From the NCBI GenBank assembly GCA_963765205.1, contig CAVXVB010000004.1, forward strand, positions 32,001-96,000: a stretch of 64,000 nucleotides of DNA, in the 5' to 3' direction. A program made the position numbers and the translations under genes. Shown here in pieces: positions 44,469-54,458 of the stretch; within the stretch, counting starts at the first letter, position 1; every line of letters starts with the position of its first letter. This DNA is from an uncultured Verrucomicrobiae bacterium (GTDB lineage: Bacteria > Verrucomicrobiota > Verrucomicrobiia > Opitutales > JABDGR01). The notes beneath the pieces were generated by a model. The model made no database searches. It was given only the letters and a program-made list of their open reading frames with translations, and was not told the origin of the DNA.

Positions 44469-46390
44469 TTGCCATTTTTTTCCATCATCACGCCGCTGGC
44501 GCGCTGGCTGGCCGCGCGCCGGGCGGGGGCCGTCGGCTGGTTGGATCCGTTGTCCCTGGCTGCGCTGTTTGGCTTTCTCCTCTGGAAAACCTGGTTGTGC
44601 TGGCCGGATCCGATGGTGGACTTTCCCCGCTACCTTTACCTCCCTTGGCGGATGAGCCAGGGCGCGTTACCCTATCGGGACTTGGTTTGCCTCTACGGGC
44701 CGCTGCCGCTGTTAGTGCAAATGGAAGCGTTTCGCCTGTTCGGGCCGGGGCTGGACGTGATCATCTGGCTGAATATTGCGGTGACGGCGGCATCCTCGCC
44801 CTGCTGCGGGCGATTTTTTGCGCGATCGGGGACCGCCTCAGCGGCTGGCTTTGCGGCGTGGTGTTTGTCGTGGTATTCGCCCTGCCCATGCCGTTTTACC
44901 CGGAAACCATCCGTTCTTTATACAATTATATTACGCCGTATTCTTGTGAGGCCACCTGGGGCTTCGGCGGCGTGCTGCTCGTCCTTTTCGCGCTGCTGCG
45001 GCATGCGGCTTCCGGCCGGCGGTGGTGGCTGTTCGTCGCGGGGATCGGCGTGGGCATAGCATACTTGGATAAAATCGAGCTATTGCTTGCCGCGCTGGGT
45101 GCGCTGGGCCTGTATCTGGGCTTGGCGTTGTTGCAGACGTGGCGGCGAGAACACGGGGTGGGGAATTTTAATGAGCGCCTGGTTCAATTCGCGGGCGGGC
45201 TGGGCTGGATGTCGGCCGGATTTTTGGCGACTTATCTGCCGGTGCTTTTCGTCCTCGCGCGCGCGGGCGGCTGGGCCTATGGCTTCCGCTCCGCCAGCTG
45301 GACGCTCCGAGTGGTGCTCGACCCGGCCTACACCCGCGCCACCTCAACCTATTTTCAGGACATGATGCTGGGCTTCGACCATCCGTGGACGAATTTGCTC
45401 AGCCATTTGCAATGGGGGTTGGTTCTCATCGGGTTTTGCGCGATCGCGATGTGGGCGGGGCGCGGCTGGCGGAAGTCGCAAGAAGCGGGTGAGACCGGCC
45501 AGGGGTATGTCGTCTTGCTGGTGGCTCTTTGCTTCCTGGTTGTTCTCTTGATTCAGTGGTTGGAGATTGGCCGTGCGTTGCTGGTGCCGACGGTGCTGGT
45601 TTTCCTCTTCGCGGTCGGCGGGTCGCTGCGCCGGGCCTGGCAGGGCCGCGCGGGCACCGCCCGCCGGCCCGGCCTCGCGGTAATCGCGACGGCGGCGCTG
45701 CTATTGCTGGCGCGGATGCTATTGAATGTCCGCATTTATAATTACGGATTTTTCCTGAGCTTGCTTGCGGCGCTGCTGCTGGTGCATCTGCTGGTTTACG
45801 AACTACCCCGGTGCTTTGGGCGCGAGACAAAGCCTAACGGCCTGCTGCAGATCACCCTGGCCTTCCTGGTCTTGGTGGGCGCGGCCCAATTGGGCCGGCT
45901 GTCGTTGGCGAACTACGAGCACCGCAGTTTCGCGGTCGGGACAGGGCGGGATCGGTTTTATTCCTACACGCCGGACATCAACGGCGACGGCGCCATGGTC
46001 AACATCATCACCACCGTCATGACGCTACATTTTGCTCAAGTGAAAACGGTCATCGCTTTTCCGGAAAGCGCCGCGGTGAATTATTCCCTGCGCAAAATCA
46101 ACCCCGTGGCCGACTTCCAGTTTACGCCTGATGTGCTCAAAATGGAAGGCGTGGACCGCATCCTGGCCGCGCTGGCCGCCCACCCCCCGGAGGCCGTCGT
46201 GTTTTACGCCCGTGACATGACCGAATACAATATTTCCTATTTCGGGGCTGACGACAATTGCGGCAAAGGCATCGTGGCCTGGGTGGAAAACAATTACCGG
46301 CTGGCCTTTGTCTATGGAGAGACCAAGTTCTCCCCCACCGGTCATGACATTGATATTTTTATCCACCGGGCTCCGGCGGCCCGGCCCTGA
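44469..46390 (+). CDS. GT-C-like polytopic membrane protein, tandem copy 1; frameshift near 44790
   Basis: DFPRYLYLPWRM...YRDLVCLYGPL; one G missing relative to the paralogue (GCGGCATC vs GCGGGCATC). Confidence 0.7.
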
Positions 46391-46446
46391 TACCCCGCCG
46401 AGTCCCAACTTGAATTTGCCCTTGTTCGCCATTATTTTCTGGGGGC

Positions 46447-48384
46447 TTGCCATTTTTATCCACCACCACGCCACTCGCGCGCTGGCTGGCCACGCGCTGG
46501 GCCAGGATCGTCGGCTGGCTGGAACCCCTTTCTCTCATCGGGTTGTTTGGCTTTCTCCTGTGGAAAACCTGGCTGCGCTGGCCGGAACCCTTGGTGGACT
46601 TCCCGCGCTATCTGTATGTTCCCTGGCGGATGAGCCAGGGCGCGTTGCTCTACCGGGATTTGGTTTGTGTTTACGGGCCGCTGCCATTGTTGGTTCAGGC
46701 CGCCGGGTTTCGCTTGTGCGGGCCGGGGCTGGATGTGATCGTCTGGCTGAATATAGCCGTGACGGCGGGCATCTTCGCGTTGCTGCGCGCAATTTTCGGC
46801 ACGCTCGGCGACCGCCTCAGCGGTTGGCTCTGCGGCGTCGTGTTTTTGGTGGTTTTTGCGGTGCCGTATTATAGCGATACCATCGGCTCGCTCTACAACT
46901 ACATCGCGCCCTATTCCTGCGAGGCCACCTGGGGCTTCGGTGGCTTGCTGCTGACGATTTACGCGTTGATGCGGCACGCCGCCCGGGACCGGCGTGGGTG
47001 GCTGTTCGTCGCGGGCCTCGGCTTGGGCATCGCCTACCTGGACAAAATCGAGCTGCTGCTTGCGGCGTTGGGCGCGCTGGGCATCTACTGCGGCCTGGCG
47101 TTCCTCCAAGTCTGGCGGCAGGGACCCCGTGGGGGCATCGTTAAAAAAGACCGATTCGCGTTCTTTGCCACGCTGGGCTGGGTGCCGGCCGGTTTTTTGG
47201 CGGCACACCTGCCGGTGTTTCTTTTTTTCGCCAGCGAGGGCGGCTGGGCCTACGGCTTCCGCTCCGCCAACTGGTCGATCCAGGTGATGCTCAATCCCGC
47301 CTACGCCCGAGCCATCACGACGTATTTTCAGGACGCGATGATGGGCTTTGACCACCCGTGGGCCAATTTGCTGAATCATTTGCAATGGGGCCTGGTGCTG
47401 GTCGGGTTCTGCGCCGTCGTGGGCTGGGCGGGGCGCGGCTGGCGGAAGGCGCAGGAGCCCGGTGAAGCCGGCCAGGGGTTCGTGGTGCTGATTTTCGCGC
47501 TCAGTTTCCTGGTCGTGCTCCTGACCGACTGGCTCTCCATTGGCCGCGCCCTGCTGGTGCCCACGGTGCTGACTTTCTTTGTGGCCGTCGGCGCTGCTTT
47601 GCGCCGCGCGTGGCAAGGCCAGGCGGGAACCGCCCGCCAGGCCGGCCTCGCTGTGGTGGCGACGGCGGCGCTGCTGATGCTCGAACGGATGCTGCTCAAT
47701 GTCCGTATTTCGAGTTACGGATTTTTTCTGAGTGTGCTGGCGGCTTTGCTGGTCGTGCATGTTTTGGTTTACGAACTGCCCCGGCGCGGCGGACGCGAAA
47801 CGCCGCCCAACAATCTCCTGCAAATCACCCTGACCCTGCTCGTGCTCGCCGGCACGGCGCAATTGGGCCGGCAGTCGCTGCTCAATTTCGAGCATCGGAG
47901 TTACCCGGTCGGGACGGGGCGGGATCATTTATACTCTCTCACCCCGGACATCAACGGCAACGGCGCGATGCTCAATATCGTCGTCGAGATCATCCAACAG
48001 CATTTCGCCCAGGTGAAAACGGTCGTGGCTTTTCCGGAAAGCGCGGCCGTGGACTATCACCTGCGCAAAATTGACCCCCTGCCCGACTTTCAGTTCACTC
48101 CCGATGTGCTGCTCATGGCCGGCCCCGATAAAATTCTGGCCGAACTGGCCGCGCACCCCCCCGACGCCGTCGTGTATTGCGCCCGCAAATTGAGTGAATA
48201 CGACGCCGCCTATTTCGGCGCCGACGAAAAAAGCGGGAAGGGCATCGTGGACTGGGTGCAAAGCAATTACACGCCGGTTTTTGCCTATGGGCCAACCCCG
48301 TTTTCCACCACCGGCCACGCCGTGGATATTTTTCTGCGCCGGGACCTGGTGACGCCGCCCGCCCCACCCGCAAATTCCAAGTGA
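46447..48384 (+). CDS. GT-C-like polytopic membrane protein, tandem copy 2
   Basis: Many TM segments; DFPRYLY...YGPL; co-linear with copy 1. Confidence 0.75.
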   Translation: MPFLSTTTPLARWLATRWARIVGWLEPLSLIGLFGFLLWKTWLRWPEPLVDFPRYLYVPWRMSQGALLYRDLVCVYGPLPLLVQAAGFRLCGPGLDVIVWLNIAVTAGIFALLRAIFGTLGDRLSGWLCGVVFLVVFAVPYYSDTIGSLYNYIAPYSCEATWGFGGLLLTIYALMRHAARDRRGWLFVAGLGLGIAYLDKIELLLAALGALGIYCGLAFLQVWRQGPRGGIVKKDRFAFFATLGWVPAGFLAAHLPVFLFFASEGGWAYGFRSANWSIQVMLNPAYARAITTYFQDAMMGFDHPWANLLNHLQWGLVLVGFCAVVGWAGRGWRKAQEPGEAGQGFVVLIFALSFLVVLLTDWLSIGRALLVPTVLTFFVAVGAALRRAWQGQAGTARQAGLAVVATAALLMLERMLLNVRISSYGFFLSVLAALLVVHVLVYELPRRGGRETPPNNLLQITLTLLVLAGTAQLGRQSLLNFEHRSYPVGTGRDHLYSLTPDINGNGAMLNIVVEIIQQHFAQVKTVVAFPESAAVDYHLRKIDPLPDFQFTPDVLLMAGPDKILAELAAHPPDAVVYCARKLSEYDAAYFGADEKSGKGIVDWVQSNYTPVFAYGPTPFSTTGHAVDIFLRRDLVTPPAPPANSK

Positions 48385-48438
48385 CAATACGGCAACGCTG
48401 AACATTCTGCGTTGAGGGATGGGCCAAGCCGGTGTTGC

Positions 48439-49212
48439 ATGGCGGCCATCCCCGCCTTCCCTTTCCAGATTTTGAGTTTGGCTGCGGCGGACGCGCCGGG
48501 CTTCCGGGCGTTCACGGCGACGCATTACTTGGTGGTCGCCGGGACTGCGGCGGCGGCGGCGGGGATCGCTTGGATGGGAATTTATTTGCGCTGCGCGCAC
48601 GGGGCGGGCGCGCAGCAGTGGTGGCGGCGGGCGCTCGCGTGCTTTTGCCTGGGGGTGTACGCGGCCTACCAGATTTGGTTATGGCGGCCGGAAAATTTTA
48701 AGTGGACCGTGAGTCTGCCGCTGGAGTTTTGCGATATGGCGCTGCTGGTGGCCGCGGGGGTGATGCTAACCGGAACGCGGTGGTTGCGCGGACTGCTGTA
48801 TTTTTGGGCCTGCGTGTTTGTGATCCAGGCGTTTCTGACACCGGTGCTGCAAAAAGGGCCGGCGACGGTGGATTTCTGGCTGTTCTGGCTGGCGCACGGG
48901 GCGATTGCCTGCGCCGCGGTTTACGATCTCGTGGTGGGGAAGTTCCGCCCCAGCTTTGCCGATGCCGTGCGCAGCTACGTGATTTCGATTTTCTACTCGG
49001 TGGTGCTGCTGGTGCTCGATAATTTGACGGGGTGGAACTACGGCTACGTCGGTCCGGCCAAGCCGGGGGCGCCGACGTTGCTCGACGCGCTCGGCGGCTA
49101 TCCCCTGCGCCTGTTGTGGATGGCGCTTTTGACGGCGGCGGGGTTTGCGCTCGTGTGGCTACCGTGGGCGCGGCAGCAAAGGAGCAGAGGAGCAAAGGGG
49201 CAGAGGCACTGA
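48439..49212 (+). CDS. YwaF/TIGR02206-family integral membrane protein
   Basis: SLPLEFCD, QAFLTP, FWLAHG and NYGYV...TLLD. Confidence 0.85.
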   Translation: MAAIPAFPFQILSLAAADAPGFRAFTATHYLVVAGTAAAAAGIAWMGIYLRCAHGAGAQQWWRRALACFCLGVYAAYQIWLWRPENFKWTVSLPLEFCDMALLVAAGVMLTGTRWLRGLLYFWACVFVIQAFLTPVLQKGPATVDFWLFWLAHGAIACAAVYDLVVGKFRPSFADAVRSYVISIFYSVVLLVLDNLTGWNYGYVGPAKPGAPTLLDALGGYPLRLLWMALLTAAGFALVWLPWARQQRSRGAKGQRH

Positions 49213-49408
49213 GGCGCTAAGAATGGTTTGTAAGAACGCTCAACGTTTAACATTTAACGTTCAACGCTTAAGTGCCAAAAACCGGAATGGCGGTTGCATG
49301 CGCCTGTTTGGCATCGTTCTGGTTATAAAATTGCGGCGAATTTATGTTGATAAAAATTTGCCGGCTGGCCCTTATTGAAAATAATAACAGTGATTTCGGG
49401 AATTAACC

Positions 49409-50323
49409 ATGAATGCCGATACACCAGCACCGATGACTTGGAGGCCCCCGCGGCGCCTTTTTTGGGTGGGTTTTGTTGGCAGCCTTCTTTTTTCAACAAT
49501 ATTGATTGAATTCACCCTAAGCATTTTCCACCCGGCATGGAGATGGGCTGAAAAATGGCCTCCCGATTTCGTCGACCTCATTGTTTCATACTGTTGCTTC
49601 GGAGGCGGAACGATGATGTTTCTTTGTATGCTACGAATAGGATTGGTGAGCGCCTTAAGCATTAAGGCTGGCCAAATCGAATTACGCACATTCAGCAAGC
49701 GACAGGTGATCAAGCTGGACGAAATCGAACAGATTTTTTGGCGCAGTCCGCCTCATATATGGGATCCTTTCAAAAAGGAAATGCGGCTTAGACTAACAAA
49801 GCCATTTATGGTGGAAGTTTCCGGACATGGAAAACACGCCAGTATTAATCTCGGCATCTTCTCACCGAAAGACAAGCAAGCCATCATTCAAATTATCCGG
49901 AATTTATTCATCAATCGGCCCCAGCTTGGATGGGATGAGTTTGTCCAAGCTCGGGAAAAAACCAGACTGCTGATGGAGCTAGAGAAGCATCGGCGAGCGC
50001 AACCTGTGCCCAATAGCGAGACCCGGTTGTTAATCATGGCCTGCGCGGCTTTGATTTGGAGCATCCTCGCCTGGGCTGTCCGCTCACCTTTATTTCATGG
50101 AGTGGAATGGTTCGGGATGGCCGGCTTTCCTCGCTTAATCCAGATCATGCTCACTTACGGGGCCATGTTTGGCGCTTCCATGCTGCTGCTGAGCTTGTGG
50201 GAAATAATCAAGTATCAAACCACCAAACGGACGCTGCTGGCGCTGGCATTTTCAATTGTCGGCACCGTAATGTCAGTAATGGCAATTTGGCTTATTGTGG
50301 AAGAGACTGTAAAACGCCGTTGA
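49409..50323 (+). CDS. Lower-GC hypothetical membrane protein with a PH-like middle region
   Basis: 304-aa ORF with TM segments; last codons lie within the putative phage end. Confidence 0.6.
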   Translation: MNADTPAPMTWRPPRRLFWVGFVGSLLFSTILIEFTLSIFHPAWRWAEKWPPDFVDLIVSYCCFGGGTMMFLCMLRIGLVSALSIKAGQIELRTFSKRQVIKLDEIEQIFWRSPPHIWDPFKKEMRLRLTKPFMVEVSGHGKHASINLGIFSPKDKQAIIQIIRNLFINRPQLGWDEFVQAREKTRLLMELEKHRRAQPVPNSETRLLIMACAALIWSILAWAVRSPLFHGVEWFGMAGFPRLIQIMLTYGAMFGASMLLLSLWEIIKYQTTKRTLLALAFSIVGTVMSVMAIWLIVEETVKRR

Positions 50324-50641
50324 GTTTGGGAACAAAAACCGGAGGTTTGGGAAAAATCGTAAAATGCGCAAGGTTCAAAATGGGCGAAAAAGAGCGGTCT
50401 TAACGCGCGCTGCAAGGGCGTTTAAGGGGGTGGTGGGCGGGGGTTTAAGCCGGGCGTCGACGGGCTGTCAAGCCAGGGTTTGGTTCGAGATGAGCAGTTC
50501 GGTGGTCGGGGTGGGCTTGCGCGCGTGCCTGGCCTGATTGCCGCCCAGGATGTAGCGGACTTGCAGTTCGCGCAGGTGGCAGCCGGCGAAGAGGGCGCGG
50601 ATGTCCGGGCGGTCGTTGATCGAGAGCACCCACGCGCCGAG
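50308..50641 (-). mobile_element. Putative Mu-like transposable phage terminus relic
   Basis: TGTAAAACGCCG... with two GTTTGGGAA repeats, next to a dam 3' fragment. Confidence 0.5.
50468..50641 (-). pseudogene. C-terminal fragment of a phage-type DNA adenine methylase (Dam/D12 class)
   Basis: GAWVLSINDRPDIRALFAG...VRYILGG...ELLISN; not in the ORF track; no start codon. Confidence 0.7.
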
Positions 50642-50742
50642 GCCCAGAGAGGGTCAGGCTGCACCTTATTACCTTGCCTTGCCGAGCCATTTTGATTCGA
50701 CCATGCCCGCTGATCTCAACAAACGCATTTCCGCGCCGGACC

Positions 50743-53001
50743 TCACGCCGGGGTTGAGGCGGCGGGGGGCGGGGTGGCTGGGGCGGGCGGGGGGTTGAGG
50801 GTTTGCCAGTCTTCCGGCGTATAGAGGTCCTGGTAGATGCCGTAGCGGCGGCCCGAGAGTTGGTAGAAGGGCTTAAAGTCCACTTCGTTGTTGTCGCCGC
50901 CGACGCCGGTGGCGTGGAAGACTGTCGGCACGTTCGTCGTGGCGTCGGGTTGTGCCGGGTCGTTCGTTGCCACGCGTTTTAGCCAAGTGGTGACGGGCGC
51001 GTCCGCCGCCGCGAGGAAAACGGGATACTTGGGCGCCGGCCCGCCCCGGCCGCGACCGCCGCGGCGTCCGCCGCCGCTGCCACTCGCTGCGGCCACTCCT
51101 GCTCCGCCGGCGCCGCCGCCCACGCTATTGGCGGCAGTCGCGGCGGCTTGCGCGGCTTGCTGGATATTGCGCACGTTGGGCGCGCCATAGTCTGCGCCGA
51201 GGACATAGGGGCCCCATTTGAGCGCGGTGCGCCGGGGATTGTCGGGGAGCGCTTCCTTATAGAGTGCTTTGGGCAGGGTGACTTTGACGGTGTCGCCGGT
51301 TTTCCAGGTGCGTTTTAATTCCGCATAGGTTCCGGCGTTCGGCAAATCTTTTTGCGGCGCGCCGTTGACCTTGAGCGCAAAGCCATCGCCCGCCCAGAAG
51401 GGGCGGCGCAGCGCGAGGGCGAATTCCTTGGGCGCGCCGGTGAATTTCAGCGTGGCCACGTCGGAGTCGCCGGGGACGACGTTCGTTTCGACGTTCATGC
51501 CCGCTTCTTTCCACTGCGCGGTCGAGGACGCATAGAGGTTGACCCAGAGTTTGTCGGCGGAGGCGTTATAAATTCCATAGCCGTGGAGGGCATGGTTTTC
51601 GAGGCCGGTGCCGACGCAGCACGTCATGCCGTCGCCTTGGTATTCATGGGTTACGCCGCGGCCGACGGGCACCATGTAGCAGAGCTGGCCGTCGTCAAAA
51701 TTAATGGAGGCCAGCACATGGTTGAAGAGCGCGCGCTCGTGGAACTCGGCGAATTTGTTGTCCGGGTTGAGCGCAAAAAGCAGCCGCGTCATCTTGACCA
51801 TATTGTAGACGTTGCACGATTCGCAGGTGCGGGTGTCGCCGTTGGCTTTGATGGTGCCGTCCACCTGGCCGCTGAGTTTGTCGGCGGGGCCGAAGGACTC
51901 GTCGTAGCCGTGGCCGCCGGTGGCAAAACTGTGATGATTGACGACGGCTTCCCAGAAGAATTTCGCGGCGTCACCGTCCGGCGCGTTGCCGGCGTAAACA
52001 TAGCGGGCGAGTTCGCCGAGGAGCTTGGGGATGTTGGTGTTGCCGTGTTTGCCAGCGAGGATGTCCTGGCCCTGCGCGAGGGGGTTGACGATGGCGTCGT
52101 GGTGAAAGCGTTGCGAGAGCTTAAGCCAGCGGTCGTCGCCCGTGTCGGCGTAGAGGTCGGCGAGGGATTCGTTGATGCCGCCGAACTCGGTGCCGAGCAT
52201 CCGCTGGAGTTGGGCCGGGTTGAGGCCGCCGACGATGCTTTCAATCCAAGCGGCGAATTTCAGGGAGGTGTCGAGGGCGGCGCGATTGCCCGTCTGGCGG
52301 TAGGCATCGCGCAAACCGGCGAAGAGCTTGTGCTCGACATACCAGGGCGACCACATGCCGTTGAGGTCGAAGGCGCTGGAGCGAATGTCGCCCTGGGTGA
52401 GTTGCTGGAAGAGAGTTTTGCCGTCAATCGGGCCGCCTTGGGTGCCGCGCGGAGGATTGCCCATGAGCGCGCCGATGTAGCCATCGCCCTGCTTGTCCTG
52501 CACCTCCTTGTATTCATTCACCAGGTAGGCAGCGCGGTCCTTGAACTGGGAGTCGCCGGTCGCCGCATACATATAACTGACGGCGGAAAGGTAGTGGCCG
52601 GCGATGGCCCCCGTGAGCTGGCGGCCGGGGCCTTCCCAACTGCCGTAGCCGTCATCCGCCTTGGGTGTGAGGCCCGCTCGCTCGCGGAAGCGATACATGA
52701 TGCGATCCATGTCCAGCTTGAGCAGGTTGGCCTGGCCGAGTTCCTGCGCTTTTTTGAGCGGCCCGCCGGTGAGGCGGATCGCGGAGAGCGGCAGCGGCGT
52801 CGCGGCAAAAGGGATGGCGTTGGTAATCGGGTTAACCGTGGCACCAGCGAGCGCGGGCAGGGAATCGGCGGCGCGGCCCAAGGCGCGCGTCAACAGCAAC
52901 GCAGCGGCGGCGGAAAAACTGGTGACCAGGAAATCGCGCCGGCCGCAGCAGGCGCAAAGAGCGGGGGAGGAGGAGTGGGAAGAGCGGGGCAGGGTGCTCA
53001 T
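50743..53001 (-). CDS. GH127/GH146-like beta-L-arabinofuranosidase, Tat-exported
   Basis: GRRDFL Tat motif; YGSWE; GHYLSA; EFGGINE; CESCNVYNM; TCCVGTG. Confidence 0.9.
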   Translation of the reverse strand: MSTLPRSSHSSSPALCACCGRRDFLVTSFSAAAALLLTRALGRAADSLPALAGATVNPITNAIPFAATPLPLSAIRLTGGPLKKAQELGQANLLKLDMDRIMYRFRERAGLTPKADDGYGSWEGPGRQLTGAIAGHYLSAVSYMYAATGDSQFKDRAAYLVNEYKEVQDKQGDGYIGALMGNPPRGTQGGPIDGKTLFQQLTQGDIRSSAFDLNGMWSPWYVEHKLFAGLRDAYRQTGNRAALDTSLKFAAWIESIVGGLNPAQLQRMLGTEFGGINESLADLYADTGDDRWLKLSQRFHHDAIVNPLAQGQDILAGKHGNTNIPKLLGELARYVYAGNAPDGDAAKFFWEAVVNHHSFATGGHGYDESFGPADKLSGQVDGTIKANGDTRTCESCNVYNMVKMTRLLFALNPDNKFAEFHERALFNHVLASINFDDGQLCYMVPVGRGVTHEYQGDGMTCCVGTGLENHALHGYGIYNASADKLWVNLYASSTAQWKEAGMNVETNVVPGDSDVATLKFTGAPKEFALALRRPFWAGDGFALKVNGAPQKDLPNAGTYAELKRTWKTGDTVKVTLPKALYKEALPDNPRRTALKWGPYVLGADYGAPNVRNIQQAAQAAATAANSVGGGAGGAGVAAASGSGGGRRGGRGRGGPAPKYPVFLAAADAPVTTWLKRVATNDPAQPDATTNVPTVFHATGVGGDNNEVDFKPFYQLSGRRYGIYQDLYTPEDWQTLNPPPAPATPPPAASTPA

Positions 53002-53184
53002 GGGGGGAGGGGAGGAAGAAAGGATGAGGGATGAGGGATGAAGCACAAAATTGCCGGTTTCTGAATTCCAAATGCCGCAGAACCGTCATTTTCCATTTTT
53101 GAAACGCGACATTACAGGCATCTAGCCAACGAAGAACTTTACGACGCAAGAGTCAAGTTTGGGAGCTATGCAGATATAATTTTC

Positions 53185-53526
53185 TCAGAAACCCATTTTC
53201 TCAGAAACCCTTCCGTTTTGAAATACTAACCAAATCACTCCCCCCATCCAAGGCTTCCTTCCATAGCCGATATTGTAGAACTCCCACGTCTCAATTATTC
53301 CAGGCATAGCGGATTTCTTAGACCATATGGGTTGACCCAAAGTCTGCCACTTGGGTTGACCCAAAATTCCAACCACCTCTGCTTGCGTCATGCCAACTTT
53401 AATATTGTCGTAGTTTTCTTTTGAAATCTTGGAAAAGTCTACAATCAAGACACAAGTTGCCAATGCTATGCCGAAGCTCACCAACACGATGGCAAAGACA
53501 GCCACAACGAAGTTTTTACGCCTCAT
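53185..53526 (-). CDS. Low-GC small membrane-anchored protein (SmpA/OmlA-like motif)
   Basis: IKVGMTQAEVVGILGQP. Confidence 0.65.
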   Translation of the reverse strand: MRRKNFVVAVFAIVLVSFGIALATCVLIVDFSKISKENYDNIKVGMTQAEVVGILGQPKWQTLGQPIWSKKSAMPGIIETWEFYNIGYGRKPWMGGVIWLVFQNGRVSEKMGF

Positions 53527-53819
53527 GCCACTTTTTCAAAACCCTTTTTTACAAATAGGTCAACCAATTTCCAATCCGATCAATTTTGAATCTGCTTAAA
53601 ATTTATTACAATACAAAACATCACATGGCAAAAAAAAAGTCCCGGCCCGCCTAACACACATCCTGTCCACCTACGCTTGCAAATCAGCCCTCAAATGTGG
53701 AATGCGGAATGCGGAAAAATGCCGGAAATATGTATCATTTTTAGGCCCTCTTGACCGTCAGAAATCAGCACTCAGAAATCAGAAATTTCATCCTTCATCC
53801 TTCATCCCTCATCCTTTCC

Positions 53820-54384
53820 CTAAATCAGCCCCAACTGCATCTTGCCCTCTTCGGAAATCCTGTCCTGCGACCACGGCGGGTCCCAGAGAATTTCGACTTT
53901 GGCTTCGCTCACGCCGGGGATGGCCGCGAGACGCGCGCGGGCGTCTTCCGCAATGGCCGGGCCCATGCCGCAGCCGGGGGCGGTGAGCGTCATCTGCACA
54001 TCCACGCCGTAGCGATTCTCGCCGAGTTCCTTGATTTGCAGGTTATAGATAAGGCCGAGGTCCACGATGTTGACGGGGATTTCGGGGTCAAAAACGGTTT
54101 TGAGCGCCTCCCATAACGAGTGGCTCGGCGGGTGCTTTGCCGTCGCCGGGCGGCGGCGTGGCCGCGGCGTCTGTATTCGTGGCGGTGGCCGGCTTGTCTT
54201 CGCCGAGGGCGTCGGCGTCGGCGCCGTTGATGCGGAACATGCCGTAATCGCAGACGACGGTGAAGTTGCCGCCGAGCCGGTGCGTGATGGTCACGCGCGT
54301 GCCGGCGGGGAGGTTGATGGCGTCGCCCGCGGGCACGAGCGTCGCGGTCACGTCACGGCTGAGGCTGCGCTCGCTGGGGGACAT
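53820..54384 (-). CDS. sufT: Fe-S assembly protein SufT (DUF59); frameshift near 54115
   Basis: LGGNFTV...[37 protein letters not shown]. Confidence 0.85.
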
Positions 54385-54458
54385 GGGTTTGCGGTAGTTA
54401 AACATTTGCAAGAGGGGCAAAGGGACAAAGAGGCATAGGGACAAAGGCGGGAAGCATC

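Noticed and set aside
44469..48384. Diversity-generating retroelement template/variable repeat pair
   Set aside because: Whole-gene paralogy with largely synonymous differences, not adenine-specific; no reverse transcriptase
49250..53686. Integron cassettes for the low-GC single genes
   Set aside because: No integrase and no convincing attC (RYYYAAC...GTTRRRY) structure
53663..53686. Possible IS3-like terminal repeat CTGTCCACCTACGCTTGCAAATCA
   Set aside because: Weak resemblance only; no partner end or transposase remnant
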